64,000 nucleotides of DNA from Nitrososphaerota archaeon (GCA_023381255.1 JAMCTX010000022.1:19302-83301), one strand, 5' to 3'. Shown: positions 9,712 through 18,174, counted from the first letter of the stretch. The notes: generated by a model not told the origin, from the letters alone. Translations and numbers: made by a program.

Positions 9712-10445
9712 TGCGAGGAATCGGGCTTCACGGAAACAAGTGCATCCATAGCTATGGATGCAACATTGTCCAGATAGCTCCTGAGCTTTGACGCGTCATA
9801 AAGGGGGGTGTTCAGCGCAATGTTATTGCTAACCATGAAAAGCGCTCCCGCCTTAAATCCCCTTAATGAGGCCAGCGCAAAGAGCGTCCCCGCCTCCATT
9901 TCCGCCCCAATATAACCCAGCGTTGAAAGCCTGGCGGAATGGTCGCTGCCCTCCGCGTAGAATGCATCACCCGAGTGAACTGGTCCAATATACACGGCAG
10001 TCTTGGAGATTCTTGAAGCATTTACCAGCGAACTTAACACGTCATACGATGGAACTGTTGGCGGTATGACGCTTTCACTGTACTGGTTCATGATGTTGCC
10101 CTGGGGCAGGAAGGCGCCGTTTGCAATTAGCACGTCTCCATACTTCATTTCTTTCAGTAGCCCGCCTGCTGTGCCAAGCCTGATCATAACCTTAGCCCCG
10201 AGCATATGCAATTCCTCTATTACTATTGCCGCAGAAGGTGCTCCAATGCCGTGGCAGGCAATGGTGACGCGCTCCTCCCTGTAAAAGCCGGTATATGTTA
10301 TATAGCCGCGATTTTCATTCACAACAGTCGCATTTTGCAGCATGTTTGACAGCTGTCTCACCCTGTCTGGGTCGCCAGCAAGCAAAACCCTTTCAGCTAT
10401 GTCTCCAGCTTTAGCCTTTATGTGTTGAGGTTCAGGCATGCACAT
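9699..10445 (-). CDS. PNP/UDP-family nucleoside phosphorylase (DeoD / hexameric MTAP type)
   Basis: 248 aa with CHGIGAPSAAIVIEEL, RLGTAGG and GAEMEAGTLF motifs. Confidence 0.8.
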   Translation of the reverse strand: MCMPEPQHIKAKAGDIAERVLLAGDPDRVRQLSNMLQNATVVNENRGYITYTGFYREERVTIACHGIGAPSAAIVIEELHMLGAKVMIRLGTAGGLLKEMKYGDVLIANGAFLPQGNIMNQYSESVIPPTVPSYDVLSSLVNASRISKTAVYIGPVHSGDAFYAEGSDHSARLSTLGYIGAEMEAGTLFALASLRGFKAGALFMVSNNIALNTPLYDASKLRSYLDNVASIAMDALVSVKPDSSHQSS

Positions 10446-11014
10446 CAGTGGCTGTCTGGCATATTTAAATTAGACCCCCAGATGGCGATCCAGTAGGCCT
10501 TGAGCTCTATGTCCAGCTCCCTGTAATATGGATATTTGTTCCTAATGAGGCTTTTGAATCTGGCGTTGTGAGACATCTCGATCGTGTGGCACATCTCATG
10601 AAAGATTATATATCTGATAAGCCTTTCCGGCAGGAGGCCAATTGACGTGTTCACGGTCATTATGTGGTTTGAATTCATGCTGGCCCACTTCCTTTTCATC
10701 TTCCTGAACCTGATAACCGGCATGCCGATGCCCGTTTCCCTGCTCAGTGACTGGGTTATTTCATGTATGACTTTGTAAAATTCAGCGCCACCCCTGTGCT
10801 CCAGCTTCACAGCTTTGGATTTTTCAAGCAATAGCTCATATTCGCCCAGCTTTTTCTCTATCCATGTAAGGTGTTTTTTGACCAGGGCATCAATTTCATT
10901 ATAATTGTATGGGACGGTTATGTTCACCGTTTTTCCCCTGACTTCTATTCTTGCATATTTTACTCTTGCGCGCCGTATTTTGTATGGGACCAGCCTGCGC
11001 CCCAAGTTAAGCAA
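10445..11014 (-). CDS. DUF45 / YgjP-like (M48-related) zinc metallohydrolase
   Basis: 189 aa with RKWASMNSN...IGLLPERLIRYIIFHEMCHTIEMSHNARF, which carries an HExxH motif in the DUF45 context. TTG start. Confidence 0.65.
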   Translation of the reverse strand: MLNLGRRLVPYKIRRARVKYARIEVRGKTVNITVPYNYNEIDALVKKHLTWIEKKLGEYELLLEKSKAVKLEHRGGAEFYKVIHEITQSLSRETGIGMPVIRFRKMKRKWASMNSNHIMTVNTSIGLLPERLIRYIIFHEMCHTIEMSHNARFKSLIRNKYPYYRELDIELKAYWIAIWGSNLNMPDSH

Positions 11015-11043
11015 CCTAAATCAGCTGAACCGCATGTGTTAAT

Positions 11044-12384
11044 TTAGAGCACTTCAATCCTTTCCTTGGCCTTAGACAGCCTTCTCCAGTAATCATTTAC
11101 CATATCACCTGCCTTTTTGTTAGCTCTTTCTATGTCTAACTTTATTGGGACCCCATTTTCAAGCACCACTTCGCCATTGACTATAACCGTGTCAACATCT
11201 TTTCCATTAACGCCGTTTATAAGGTAGGCATATGATGTTGCAGGAGTGAGAGGTGTTGGCCTGACCTGCGGCCTTATTACCACCACATCAGCCGCCTTAC
11301 CTGGCTCAAGCGAACCGAGTTCCTTGTCCAGGCCATAGGCCTTAGCTGCGTTAACAGTGCTCATCTCAAGCACGTCCATAAAGCTCATAACGCGTGGGTC
11401 CAGCCTGTTCAACTTGTGCATCAGGAATGCAGCCCTCATGTTTTCAAACGTATCAAATATGTAGCCATCGTTGCCCAAACTCAGGTTTATGCCCATTCTT
11501 TTCATTTCAGGAACCGGGGCAACCCCTACTGCGTTAAGCATGTTGCTCAACGGGTTATGAACGATGTTTGTGTGGGTTTTGTTTATTATTTCCAGCTCAT
11601 CTTCGTTCACATTGACCGCATGCGCAACAACAGCCCTTTCGCTTAGAACCCCCAGGTCGTTAAGCCTTTCGAATGTCCTTTTGCCATACCTTTCCAGATT
11701 ATGATACAGGTCCCATTTTCCCTCAGATGCATGAATGGTGAACGGCACATTCAATTCAGATGCCGTCTCCGCCGCCTCCCTTAGAAGCTCATCCTTAACG
11801 GTGAACGATGCATGCACGCTTATCATTCCCTTTCCGGAACCCTTTATGAACCTCACGTTCTCCTTCAGACCCCTGTATCCTTCCTCCAGGTTCCTTCTCT
11901 GTGTGGATTCAAATGAGAGGATTCCCCTGATTCCAGTTTCGCTGACGCCCCTGTTGATGTGGTCAAGCACGCCATCTATCGCGTTGGGGCCGGAAAAGGT
12001 GTCAGCAAATGTTGTTGTGCCAGCCCTCAGGAGCTCAAGTGAAGCCATTAGCGCGCTTATGTACGCATCCTGCGCACTCATTTCTTCATCCATGAGCCAC
12101 CATATCCTTTGCAGGTTCTGAGTGAAGTCGGTGGGGGGTTTGATATTCAGTGATGCGCCCCTAAGGAGAATGCCGTACAGATGGGTGTGAGCGCATATGA
12201 ATCCTGGAGTAATGATGCCGCCTTTGGCGTCAATTTCCACATCAGCCTTCGGGCCCAAATGTCCCCTGTAGACGCCGGCTATCCTGCCGTTTTGGATAAG
12301 CAGTGAACCTTCAAAAACCTCCCTGTCCTTGTTCATCGTCACTATTATTCCATTCTTAACCACAAGTTCCCTGTTCATTGGCAT
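11044..12384 (-). CDS. amidohydrolase, MTA/SAH (MtaD) or related nucleobase deaminase family, paralog 1
   Basis: Metal-binding CAHTHLYG, later HASE and HAV motifs, and a C-terminal GSLEPGKAADVVV. The start is set at the ATG for MPMNRELVVKNGIIV (12384). The track's 60-aa N-terminal extension overlaps the next gene and looks non-protein-like. Confidence 0.8.
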   Translation of the reverse strand: MPMNRELVVKNGIIVTMNKDREVFEGSLLIQNGRIAGVYRGHLGPKADVEIDAKGGIITPGFICAHTHLYGILLRGASLNIKPPTDFTQNLQRIWWLMDEEMSAQDAYISALMASLELLRAGTTTFADTFSGPNAIDGVLDHINRGVSETGIRGILSFESTQRRNLEEGYRGLKENVRFIKGSGKGMISVHASFTVKDELLREAAETASELNVPFTIHASEGKWDLYHNLERYGKRTFERLNDLGVLSERAVVAHAVNVNEDELEIINKTHTNIVHNPLSNMLNAVGVAPVPEMKRMGINLSLGNDGYIFDTFENMRAAFLMHKLNRLDPRVMSFMDVLEMSTVNAAKAYGLDKELGSLEPGKAADVVVIRPQVRPTPLTPATSYAYLINGVNGKDVDTVIVNGEVVLENGVPIKLDIERANKKAGDMVNDYWRRLSKAKERIEVL

Positions 12385-12425
12385 TCCCTTCCACTTGGCA
12401 TAATAAAATGTTTTGGAGATGATAA

Positions 12426-13061
12426 TCAGCAAGTAATTTTGGGCAGGTAGAGAAGTCCCTCCCCTGGGTCGCCAAGCGCAACGGCTTTTCCGTCTAGGTA
12501 TAGTAAACCCAGGTATCCCATAGTTGCGGCGTCCAGCTCGTGCTCGCTGTCTGAGTTTGTGCATCCATTTAGGCCGTTTTTTATCAGGCCATCGAGCAGG
12601 CCGGCCATATCCTTGTGCCTTGGTATCTTCAGGACATCCTGTATCCCGCCTGGGAATGATTCTATCACGTCAAAGCCAAGTCCCTGAAGCTTTAGCTTAA
12701 GCGAGATGCCCCTCTTTGTAAGCTGCCTCATTGCCCCCAGCGTTATAGGGAAGAACCTGATTTTCAGGCGCCTGAGTTCAAGGTCGCATTTCCTGAAATG
12801 GGGGCCTGTCCTGTCATCTATATCCGACCTGCCACGGGGCACGCTCAGCGGGGCATCTATGACAACCACATCTGGTGAGCTGGCTGAAACAAGGCTGGTG
12901 ATTTCGTCATCGCCGTATACTGTTGACACAGTGCATCTCAGGGAGCGGTCAACTATAGCTAACCCTGTAGGCCTGCGAACTGAAGCGGCAAGGTCAATTC
13001 CCGCTGCCTTCAGGGCCAGACCACCTTCTGAACAGGTTGTGCTGTATCCCCAGCAGGTCAA
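12426..13061 (-). CDS. DUF429-like protein (predicted RNase H-fold nuclease); start uncertain
   Basis: Contains AAGIDLA...PTGLAIVD...VVVIDAPLSVP...D(x)ELDAATMGY, as remembered for DUF429. The annotated start overlaps ubiX by 68 nt, so the true start is probably internal. Confidence 0.45.
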   Translation of the reverse strand: MTCWGYSTTCSEGGLALKAAGIDLAASVRRPTGLAIVDRSLRCTVSTVYGDDEITSLVSASSPDVVVIDAPLSVPRGRSDIDDRTGPHFRKCDLELRRLKIRFFPITLGAMRQLTKRGISLKLKLQGLGFDVIESFPGGIQDVLKIPRHKDMAGLLDGLIKNGLNGCTNSDSEHELDAATMGYLGLLYLDGKAVALGDPGEGLLYLPKITC

Positions 13062-13566
13062 GCACCTTTCCCACCTGGAAGTTGATCAGATCGTCTACGG
13101 TCCTTGGATTACCGTAGAAGCCTGGGGAAGCAGGAACTATTATAGCACCGCCAATGGACGCCTTCAGCATGTTCATTATGTGCAGGGTTGAAAGTGGCGT
13201 CTCCCTGAGCAACAGTATCAGCGGTTTCCTTTCTTTCAGCTGGACAAGCCCTGCGCGCGAGACCAGGTTTTCCTCGAGTCCGTTTGCTATCGAAGCAAGA
13301 GTTTTCATGCTGCACGGTGCAACAACCATGCCGTCAAACCTAGCTGAACCGCTTGCCATTGGAGCGTCAAGCTCATTTTCGTTAAATACAGCCTTGGACG
13401 ACTTGCCAACCCTCTCAATGGCATCGCCAAGCTCGTATTTTGCGGTTGCCTTTGCCCCGTTGGTAAATATGGCATAAACATCGTGCCCCATATTTCCAAG
13501 TTCCTCTGCCAGCCTTACGCCATATATTATACCGCTGGCGCCTGTGATTGCCAGGATGTATTTCAT
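12994..13566 (-). CDS. ubiX: flavin prenyltransferase UbiX/Pad1
   Basis: 190 aa with MKYILAITGASGIIYGVRLAEEL and VVAPCSMKTLASIANG motifs. Confidence 0.9.
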   Translation of the reverse strand: MKYILAITGASGIIYGVRLAEELGNMGHDVYAIFTNGAKATAKYELGDAIERVGKSSKAVFNENELDAPMASGSARFDGMVVAPCSMKTLASIANGLEENLVSRAGLVQLKERKPLILLLRETPLSTLHIMNMLKASIGGAIIVPASPGFYGNPRTVDDLINFQVGKVLDLLGIQHNLFRRWSGPEGSGN

Positions 13567-13649
13567 ATAGTGGAAAGTTGCGTAACTATTAATAAACTAT
13601 TTCCTTCGGGCTACGATAATATTTTAAATGATGCATAGGAGGTAAACGC

Positions 13650-15014
13650 ATGAGCGGTACTATTCTTATAAAGGATGCCACAGTTGTAACCGCTAACAGC
13701 AGAAACGAGATAATAAAGGGCGGTTCTGTTCTTATAGAAAACGGGGAAATTGTCGATGTGGGCAAGCGTATTCAGGCAAATGCGGAGTTTGTGATAGATG
13801 GTAAAGATAGGGTCGTATTTCCTGGGCTTGTTAACACCCATGTGCATCTGGCGCAGGGAATACTGAGGGGGCTTGTGCCTGACAACGTGGCGCTCATAGA
13901 GTGGCTTAAGGACTACGTCTGGCCGCTTCAGGGCAGCATGACCGAAGAGATAATGGACATAAGCACAAAGCTGACTCTTCTGGAAATGATTAATACCGGG
14001 ACATCATCGTTTGTAGCTACTTCAATAAATGCCAGGTACAACGTAGACAGGACGGTCGAAAATGTCTACAAGAGCGGCATGAGGGCAGCAATAGGCAAGC
14101 AGGTGATGGACACGCCAGGCTACGCTGACAAGCCACAGATACTGCACCAGGGCCTGGTTGAAGATGCGGAGACATCGTTCAAAATTTATGAGCAGATGTA
14201 CGGCAAGTGGCACGGCAGGGATAACAGAATCTGGATGTGGTTTTCACCCAGGACACCTGGCGCCGTAAGCGACGAGCTGTTCAGGAGAATAGCGGATACA
14301 GTGAGGGAGCACGGGTCAGGCGTCACAATGCACCTGGCTGAGGTGAGAGATGACATCAGGTACTTTGCAGGCAGGGGCAAGTCGCCAGGCAAATTCCTAA
14401 AAGATTTGGGGATGGTAGGCAGAAACTATGTTTACGTTCATGGAGTTTGGCTGAACTACGATGATATGGAGATATTTGCCAAGAGTGGCACAAGCGTTTC
14501 GCACAACCCGTCGTCCAACAGCAAACTCGGTTCAGGCATAGCGCCAGTTACCAAGATGATAAAAAATGGCGTCAACGTTACGATAGGCACTGACGGGGCT
14601 CCAAGCAACGACGACTATGACCTGATAAGGGAAATGAAGCTGGCTTTGCTTCTGCAGAAGGTAAACGACCTGAACCCGCAAGCAATAAGCGTGCTTGACA
14701 TGATAAAGATAGCCACCATAAACGGCGCGTGGTCGATGGGGATTGAAAATTTTACAGGGTCAATTGAAAAGGGAAAAAGGGCAGACATTGCGGTCTTCAA
14801 CATGAGAGCACCCCACCTTGTCCCTCCCGTGGCCCCCGTTTCAAACCTGATCTACTCCGGCACTGGCATGGATTGCACTGACCTGATAGTTGACGGCCGC
14901 TTCCTGAAAAGGGATGGGAAGGTTGTCACTGTGGACGAGAATGAAGTATACGAAAAATCAGGCAAGCTAGCAGCTGAACTTTTAAGTAGGGCTAACCTTA
15001 AGGAATGGATGTAG
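13650..15014 (+). CDS. amidohydrolase, MTA/SAH (MtaD) or related deaminase family, paralog 2
   Basis: 454 aa with GLVNTHVHLAQG, MHLAE and HGVWL motifs, and a C-terminal GSIEKGKRADIAVF. AGGAGGT lies 7 nt upstream of the ATG. Confidence 0.85.
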   Translation: MSGTILIKDATVVTANSRNEIIKGGSVLIENGEIVDVGKRIQANAEFVIDGKDRVVFPGLVNTHVHLAQGILRGLVPDNVALIEWLKDYVWPLQGSMTEEIMDISTKLTLLEMINTGTSSFVATSINARYNVDRTVENVYKSGMRAAIGKQVMDTPGYADKPQILHQGLVEDAETSFKIYEQMYGKWHGRDNRIWMWFSPRTPGAVSDELFRRIADTVREHGSGVTMHLAEVRDDIRYFAGRGKSPGKFLKDLGMVGRNYVYVHGVWLNYDDMEIFAKSGTSVSHNPSSNSKLGSGIAPVTKMIKNGVNVTIGTDGAPSNDDYDLIREMKLALLLQKVNDLNPQAISVLDMIKIATINGAWSMGIENFTGSIEKGKRADIAVFNMRAPHLVPPVAPVSNLIYSGTGMDCTDLIVDGRFLKRDGKVVTVDENEVYEKSGKLAAELLSRANLKEWM

Positions 15015-15098
15015 CCGGGGTCCCCTAATCTGGTATGGGGCAGGCCTTGAGAGCCTGTGGCTGTCTCAGCCTTGCGGGTTCAAATCCCACCCCCGGCG
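15014..15098 (+). tRNA. tRNA-Ser (anticodon TGA), class II with a long variable arm
   Basis: Hand fold: acceptor GCCGGGG/CCCCGGC, anticodon stem CAGGC/GCCTG with loop CT-TGA-GA, variable arm GGCTG-TCTC-CAGCC, T loop TTCAAAT, discriminator G. One C-A mismatch in the T stem (GCGGG/CCCAC). Confidence 0.85.
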
Positions 15099-15154
15099 AT
15101 ACCACTTTGAGTTGGGCGCCTACGGCTTTTAAAGGTTCTTTGCAGGAACTAAAC

Positions 15155-16156
15155 ATGATCGATATACACGACAGGAAAAGGAAGCTCCTGAACCACCTCA
15201 AGCGTGAAAAGGACCCTGACGTGATTTCCTTCATAAATGCGCTTAACGTATCCAACTACTCCGTTGCAAGAATGGAACGCTACCTTGAAGTTTTGCCCCT
15301 TATCGAAAGGATAATCGGGAAGCCATTGAGGGAGGCAAATAGGAAGGACATCGAAAAGGTTGTTGCGGAAATGGGCAAGCGGGAGCCTTGGACAAGGGTC
15401 ACGTATCTTCACATGGTCAAGGTGTTTTACAGGTGGCTGGTAAACGGCACTCTCGAAAAGGGCATAATCACGAACGTCCAGCTCGAGGAGGACAGGAACC
15501 CCGTTTATACGCTGAAGGGAACAGGACCGCCAATGACACCCGCGCGATGGACCGTTCTTACCACGCTGTTTCTTCGCGGACCGCAAATCGCTTATGAGTC
15601 GCTGAAAAACGAGCTTTTCAAGAAATACGCCTGGGACGAAAGCATAACACTTTCTGCCGTGAACTTTCTTCTGGATATGGGGTATGTAAAGTCAAGCAGG
15701 TCGGTCAGCAGCGTCTACTATGCGCTTACACAAAGGTCCATTGACAGGTTCTTTGGTTCAACCGAGACCATCGTTTCGCCAAGGGCTGGAGGGGCGATGC
15801 ACAATGAAATCATAAGGAAGCTGGTAAGGCAGTTCTGGGAAATGGGCTACTTTGTTGACGTGGACACCGGCAGCGAGGCTGGAGAAAAGCCGGACATGCT
15901 GGTGTTCAAGCCTGCCGAAACGATGCAGAGGTTCCGGGAGCTGACAAAGACAATGAGGGACCCCATAGAATGGGAAAAGCCAGTGGCTTACGAGGTTGAA
16001 ACCATGAGTAACTCTGCGGAACAGATCAGGCGCAATTTGGAGAAGAACCTGGAAAAGGGATACGAAGTCGTGTTCGTGGTTCCCGACGAGGACAGCGTAA
16101 AGAAGCTGGAGAGCATGCTTGGAAAGGCGGAATATTCGGTAATTGCAGTAATTTAA
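15155..16156 (+). CDS. chimeric protein: integrase N-terminal SAM-like domain + wHTH-like middle + PD-(D/E)xK-like C-terminus. No tyrosine-recombinase catalytic domain recognised.
   Basis: The N-terminus (...SVARMERYLEVLPLIERIIGKPLREANRKDIEKVVAEM...YLHMVKVFYRWL) matches the archaeal Xer/integrase N-domain pattern. The C-terminus has HNEIIRKL...GEKPDMLVFKP...VAYEVET, spaced like a restriction-endonuclease-fold core. The ORF frame stays open upstream into the tRNA (from 15035). Confidence 0.55.
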   Translation: MIDIHDRKRKLLNHLKREKDPDVISFINALNVSNYSVARMERYLEVLPLIERIIGKPLREANRKDIEKVVAEMGKREPWTRVTYLHMVKVFYRWLVNGTLEKGIITNVQLEEDRNPVYTLKGTGPPMTPARWTVLTTLFLRGPQIAYESLKNELFKKYAWDESITLSAVNFLLDMGYVKSSRSVSSVYYALTQRSIDRFFGSTETIVSPRAGGAMHNEIIRKLVRQFWEMGYFVDVDTGSEAGEKPDMLVFKPAETMQRFRELTKTMRDPIEWEKPVAYEVETMSNSAEQIRRNLEKNLEKGYEVVFVVPDEDSVKKLESMLGKAEYSVIAVI

Positions 16157-16593
16157 GACACCTCAAAGCATTAGAGTTTTACAAATGATTGAGCAAGAAA
16201 GCTCAGGGTCATTTATGGCGTAGATGAATTGCGAATGGATGGTAGTCTTAAAATAAATGGCTTTGCGAAATAATAGTGGAATGAGTGAGACGCTATAGGA
16301 AAGTGAGCAGAACCCGGATTTCAAGTGTAGCACATCGGCTCCCGTACTCACTGGTTCCAAAGTTAGCAAAACGGGACTTGTGGTGCGTAAGTCCATGGGT
16401 TCACAAGAACCCTTAATGCCCGCGGATGGCAGAACCTCTACCTCCATGGTGGAATACAAGGGCATTCCATATGTGACGGCAAGTTTATCCAATGAAACGG
16501 GAAGCTCCGAAGCATTTCAGCTGAAGAGTAGCTCACTCAAGCATCCATAGATCATTGAAAAACTTATAAAAACAGTTTATCTTTATAAAGTAT

Positions 16594-17412
16594 ATGAAAG
16601 AAAACCAAGTATCGCTGGAGGAGATTGCTAAATACACTAAAATAATGCCGCCGTTGTTGGGTTATAACCAGCCCGCAATAACGGCTGCTTTTCTGCTTGC
16701 CGTGGCAAAGGCAAATGATGCCATGATTCTGGGGGAAAATGGAGATATAATTGGTAGCGCAGGATCGGTCTCTCTTATAGAGGGAATTCTTCAATGGAGA
16801 AGGGAACTGTGGAAGAACATGTACGTTCACACGCTTGGTGAAATAGTTACGCCTGTGAAAGTTTTTTATCCTGGCGCGATGCTTTCTGACTATTTATCAT
16901 GCATTTCAACATCCAAGTTTTCCTATTCTGTTTACATGGACAACAGAACGTCCTACCTTATAACGCCCCTTACGCTTTTACGGTTCTTTCATGACCATGG
17001 CATGATCGAAAATGCACCTCCATACAAATATGCGTCAAAATTGGTCTCAGCTGAGCCGTCGCTCAGGATTCTGGAGCTGCTGGAACTTATGGTTACCAAA
17101 TGGATAAGGAAGGTTGTAATTGGCAAAAAGCTCATAACTGACAGGAGCCTGGCTGAATGTTACCTGTTTTCAATGTACAATTTGGGCAAGCTTGCGCATG
17201 ATCCTGATGAAGTGCTTGACAATTCCATTAATGATATGCAGGGGTGCCTGACAGACCCTCCAACGTTTTCCCTAAATGATGATGCAGTGGCAATTGCTGA
17301 GAAGATTCTTTCTTCTGACTCCCAGGCATGCGTATCTAGCAATTACGACCTCATTTTAACCCCATATGACCTGGCGGTTAAGCCGTTGCTGCAAAAATAT
17401 CCTCAATTTTAA
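16594..17412 (+). CDS. hypothetical protein with about four divergent CBS-like repeats
   Basis: 272 aa. Repeated segments ending in ...GDIIGSAG, ...SYLITPLTLL, ...KKLITDRSL and ...DLILTPYDL resemble CBS beta-alpha-beta units. No other motif was recognised. Confidence 0.4.
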   Translation: MKENQVSLEEIAKYTKIMPPLLGYNQPAITAAFLLAVAKANDAMILGENGDIIGSAGSVSLIEGILQWRRELWKNMYVHTLGEIVTPVKVFYPGAMLSDYLSCISTSKFSYSVYMDNRTSYLITPLTLLRFFHDHGMIENAPPYKYASKLVSAEPSLRILELLELMVTKWIRKVVIGKKLITDRSLAECYLFSMYNLGKLAHDPDEVLDNSINDMQGCLTDPPTFSLNDDAVAIAEKILSSDSQACVSSNYDLILTPYDLAVKPLLQKYPQF

Positions 17413-17430
17413 TGATAAATCAGCGTTTGT

Positions 17431-17900
17431 TTAAATTTTCCATGAGAGCGTCATCCCGTTTCCAACCGCGGTTATGTTGTAATACGATGAAACGGCATTT
17501 GAGTAGGGTATCGAGAACGTAACTTCCATCACGGTTGAAGGGTTAAAGCCTGAAACGGGAGAACCGCTTTGTGCATCTGTTAGCGAAAACGACGTAACCG
17601 TGTATTGCCCCTCGTTTGGCATGTAAACTATGAACTCCGAAGGCGTGAAAGCGTATTTCCCGTAATTATAGAAATACACGTAGAACACGGTTTGCCCGTT
17701 TGACGCGGTTCATAAGAATAAACAGGCGCAACGAGGATTTGCGACTCGACGGACTGTTTCTCCTGCGTTGTCAATGCGCTGTTAGCCGATGACTGATAAT
17801 GGAGAACAAGCGGGTAAACTATTCCAGCGAATACAACAAGGACTATTGCCACCAATATTACGGCAGCGATAATGTCCGAAACTGTCTTCTTCATAACCAA
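17431..17900 (-). pseudogene. archaeal type IV pilin-like (class III signal peptide, DUF361-like) gene split by a frameshift
   Basis: ORF 17628-17900 begins MVMKKTVSDIIAAVILVAIVLVVFAGIVY, a pilin-type signal and hydrophobic helix. A second frame, open from 17709, continues ...TASNGQTVFYVYFYNYGKYAFTP... to 17431. The 470-nt span is not a multiple of 3. Confidence 0.6.
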
Positions 17901-17916
17901 GCGTTTGAAAATTTGT

Positions 17917-18174
17917 TTAAAACACGACTCCTGCTAGATCATTGGTAAAATAGATCATTTTTCCATTAATTTTGATTAATTTTTTCTTTTGTAATTTTAA
18001 AATAACTTGTTTATAATGGCTCCTATCCCAGTTTGTTTTTGCGATAATTTCCTTCTTCTTTACTATCCGCTTCTTCCCGGCGATAATTAGCAGGAAGACC
18101 ATTTCATCAAACGAGATGGAATCTGTGTTTTGTTCCACCAATGTCAATGATTTTTCCATCCTCTTCCACCTCAA
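17917..18174 (-). CDS. small putative winged-helix DNA-binding protein
   Basis: 85 aa with ...KKEIIAKTNWDRSHYKQVILKLQKKKLIKINGKMIYF, which resembles an HTH followed by a beta-wing. Co-oriented with the ParB-like gene upstream. Confidence 0.4.
   Translation of the reverse strand: MRWKRMEKSLTLVEQNTDSISFDEMVFLLIIAGKKRIVKKKEIIAKTNWDRSHYKQVILKLQKKKLIKINGKMIYFTNDLAGVVF

Noticed and set aside
12385-12564. 60-aa N-terminal extension of the amidohydrolase ORF (track start 12564)
   Set aside because: The extension (MHKLRQRARAGRRNYG…) is basic and low-complexity and overlaps the DUF429-like gene. The family N-terminus begins at MPMNRELVVKNG (12384).
15035-15154. 120-nt N-terminal extension of the integrase-N chimera ORF starting inside the tRNA
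   Set aside because: A translation start inside a tRNA gene is implausible, and ATG 15155 gives the conserved MIDIH N-terminus. The open frame itself is kept as an observation about the integration junction.
16163-16492. 109-aa minus-strand ORF filling the gap after the integrase-N chimera
   Set aside because: It has no recognisable motif, an odd composition, no start context, and overlaps the region with RNA-like motifs and hairpins. It is treated as non-coding (see the finding) rather than as a CDS.
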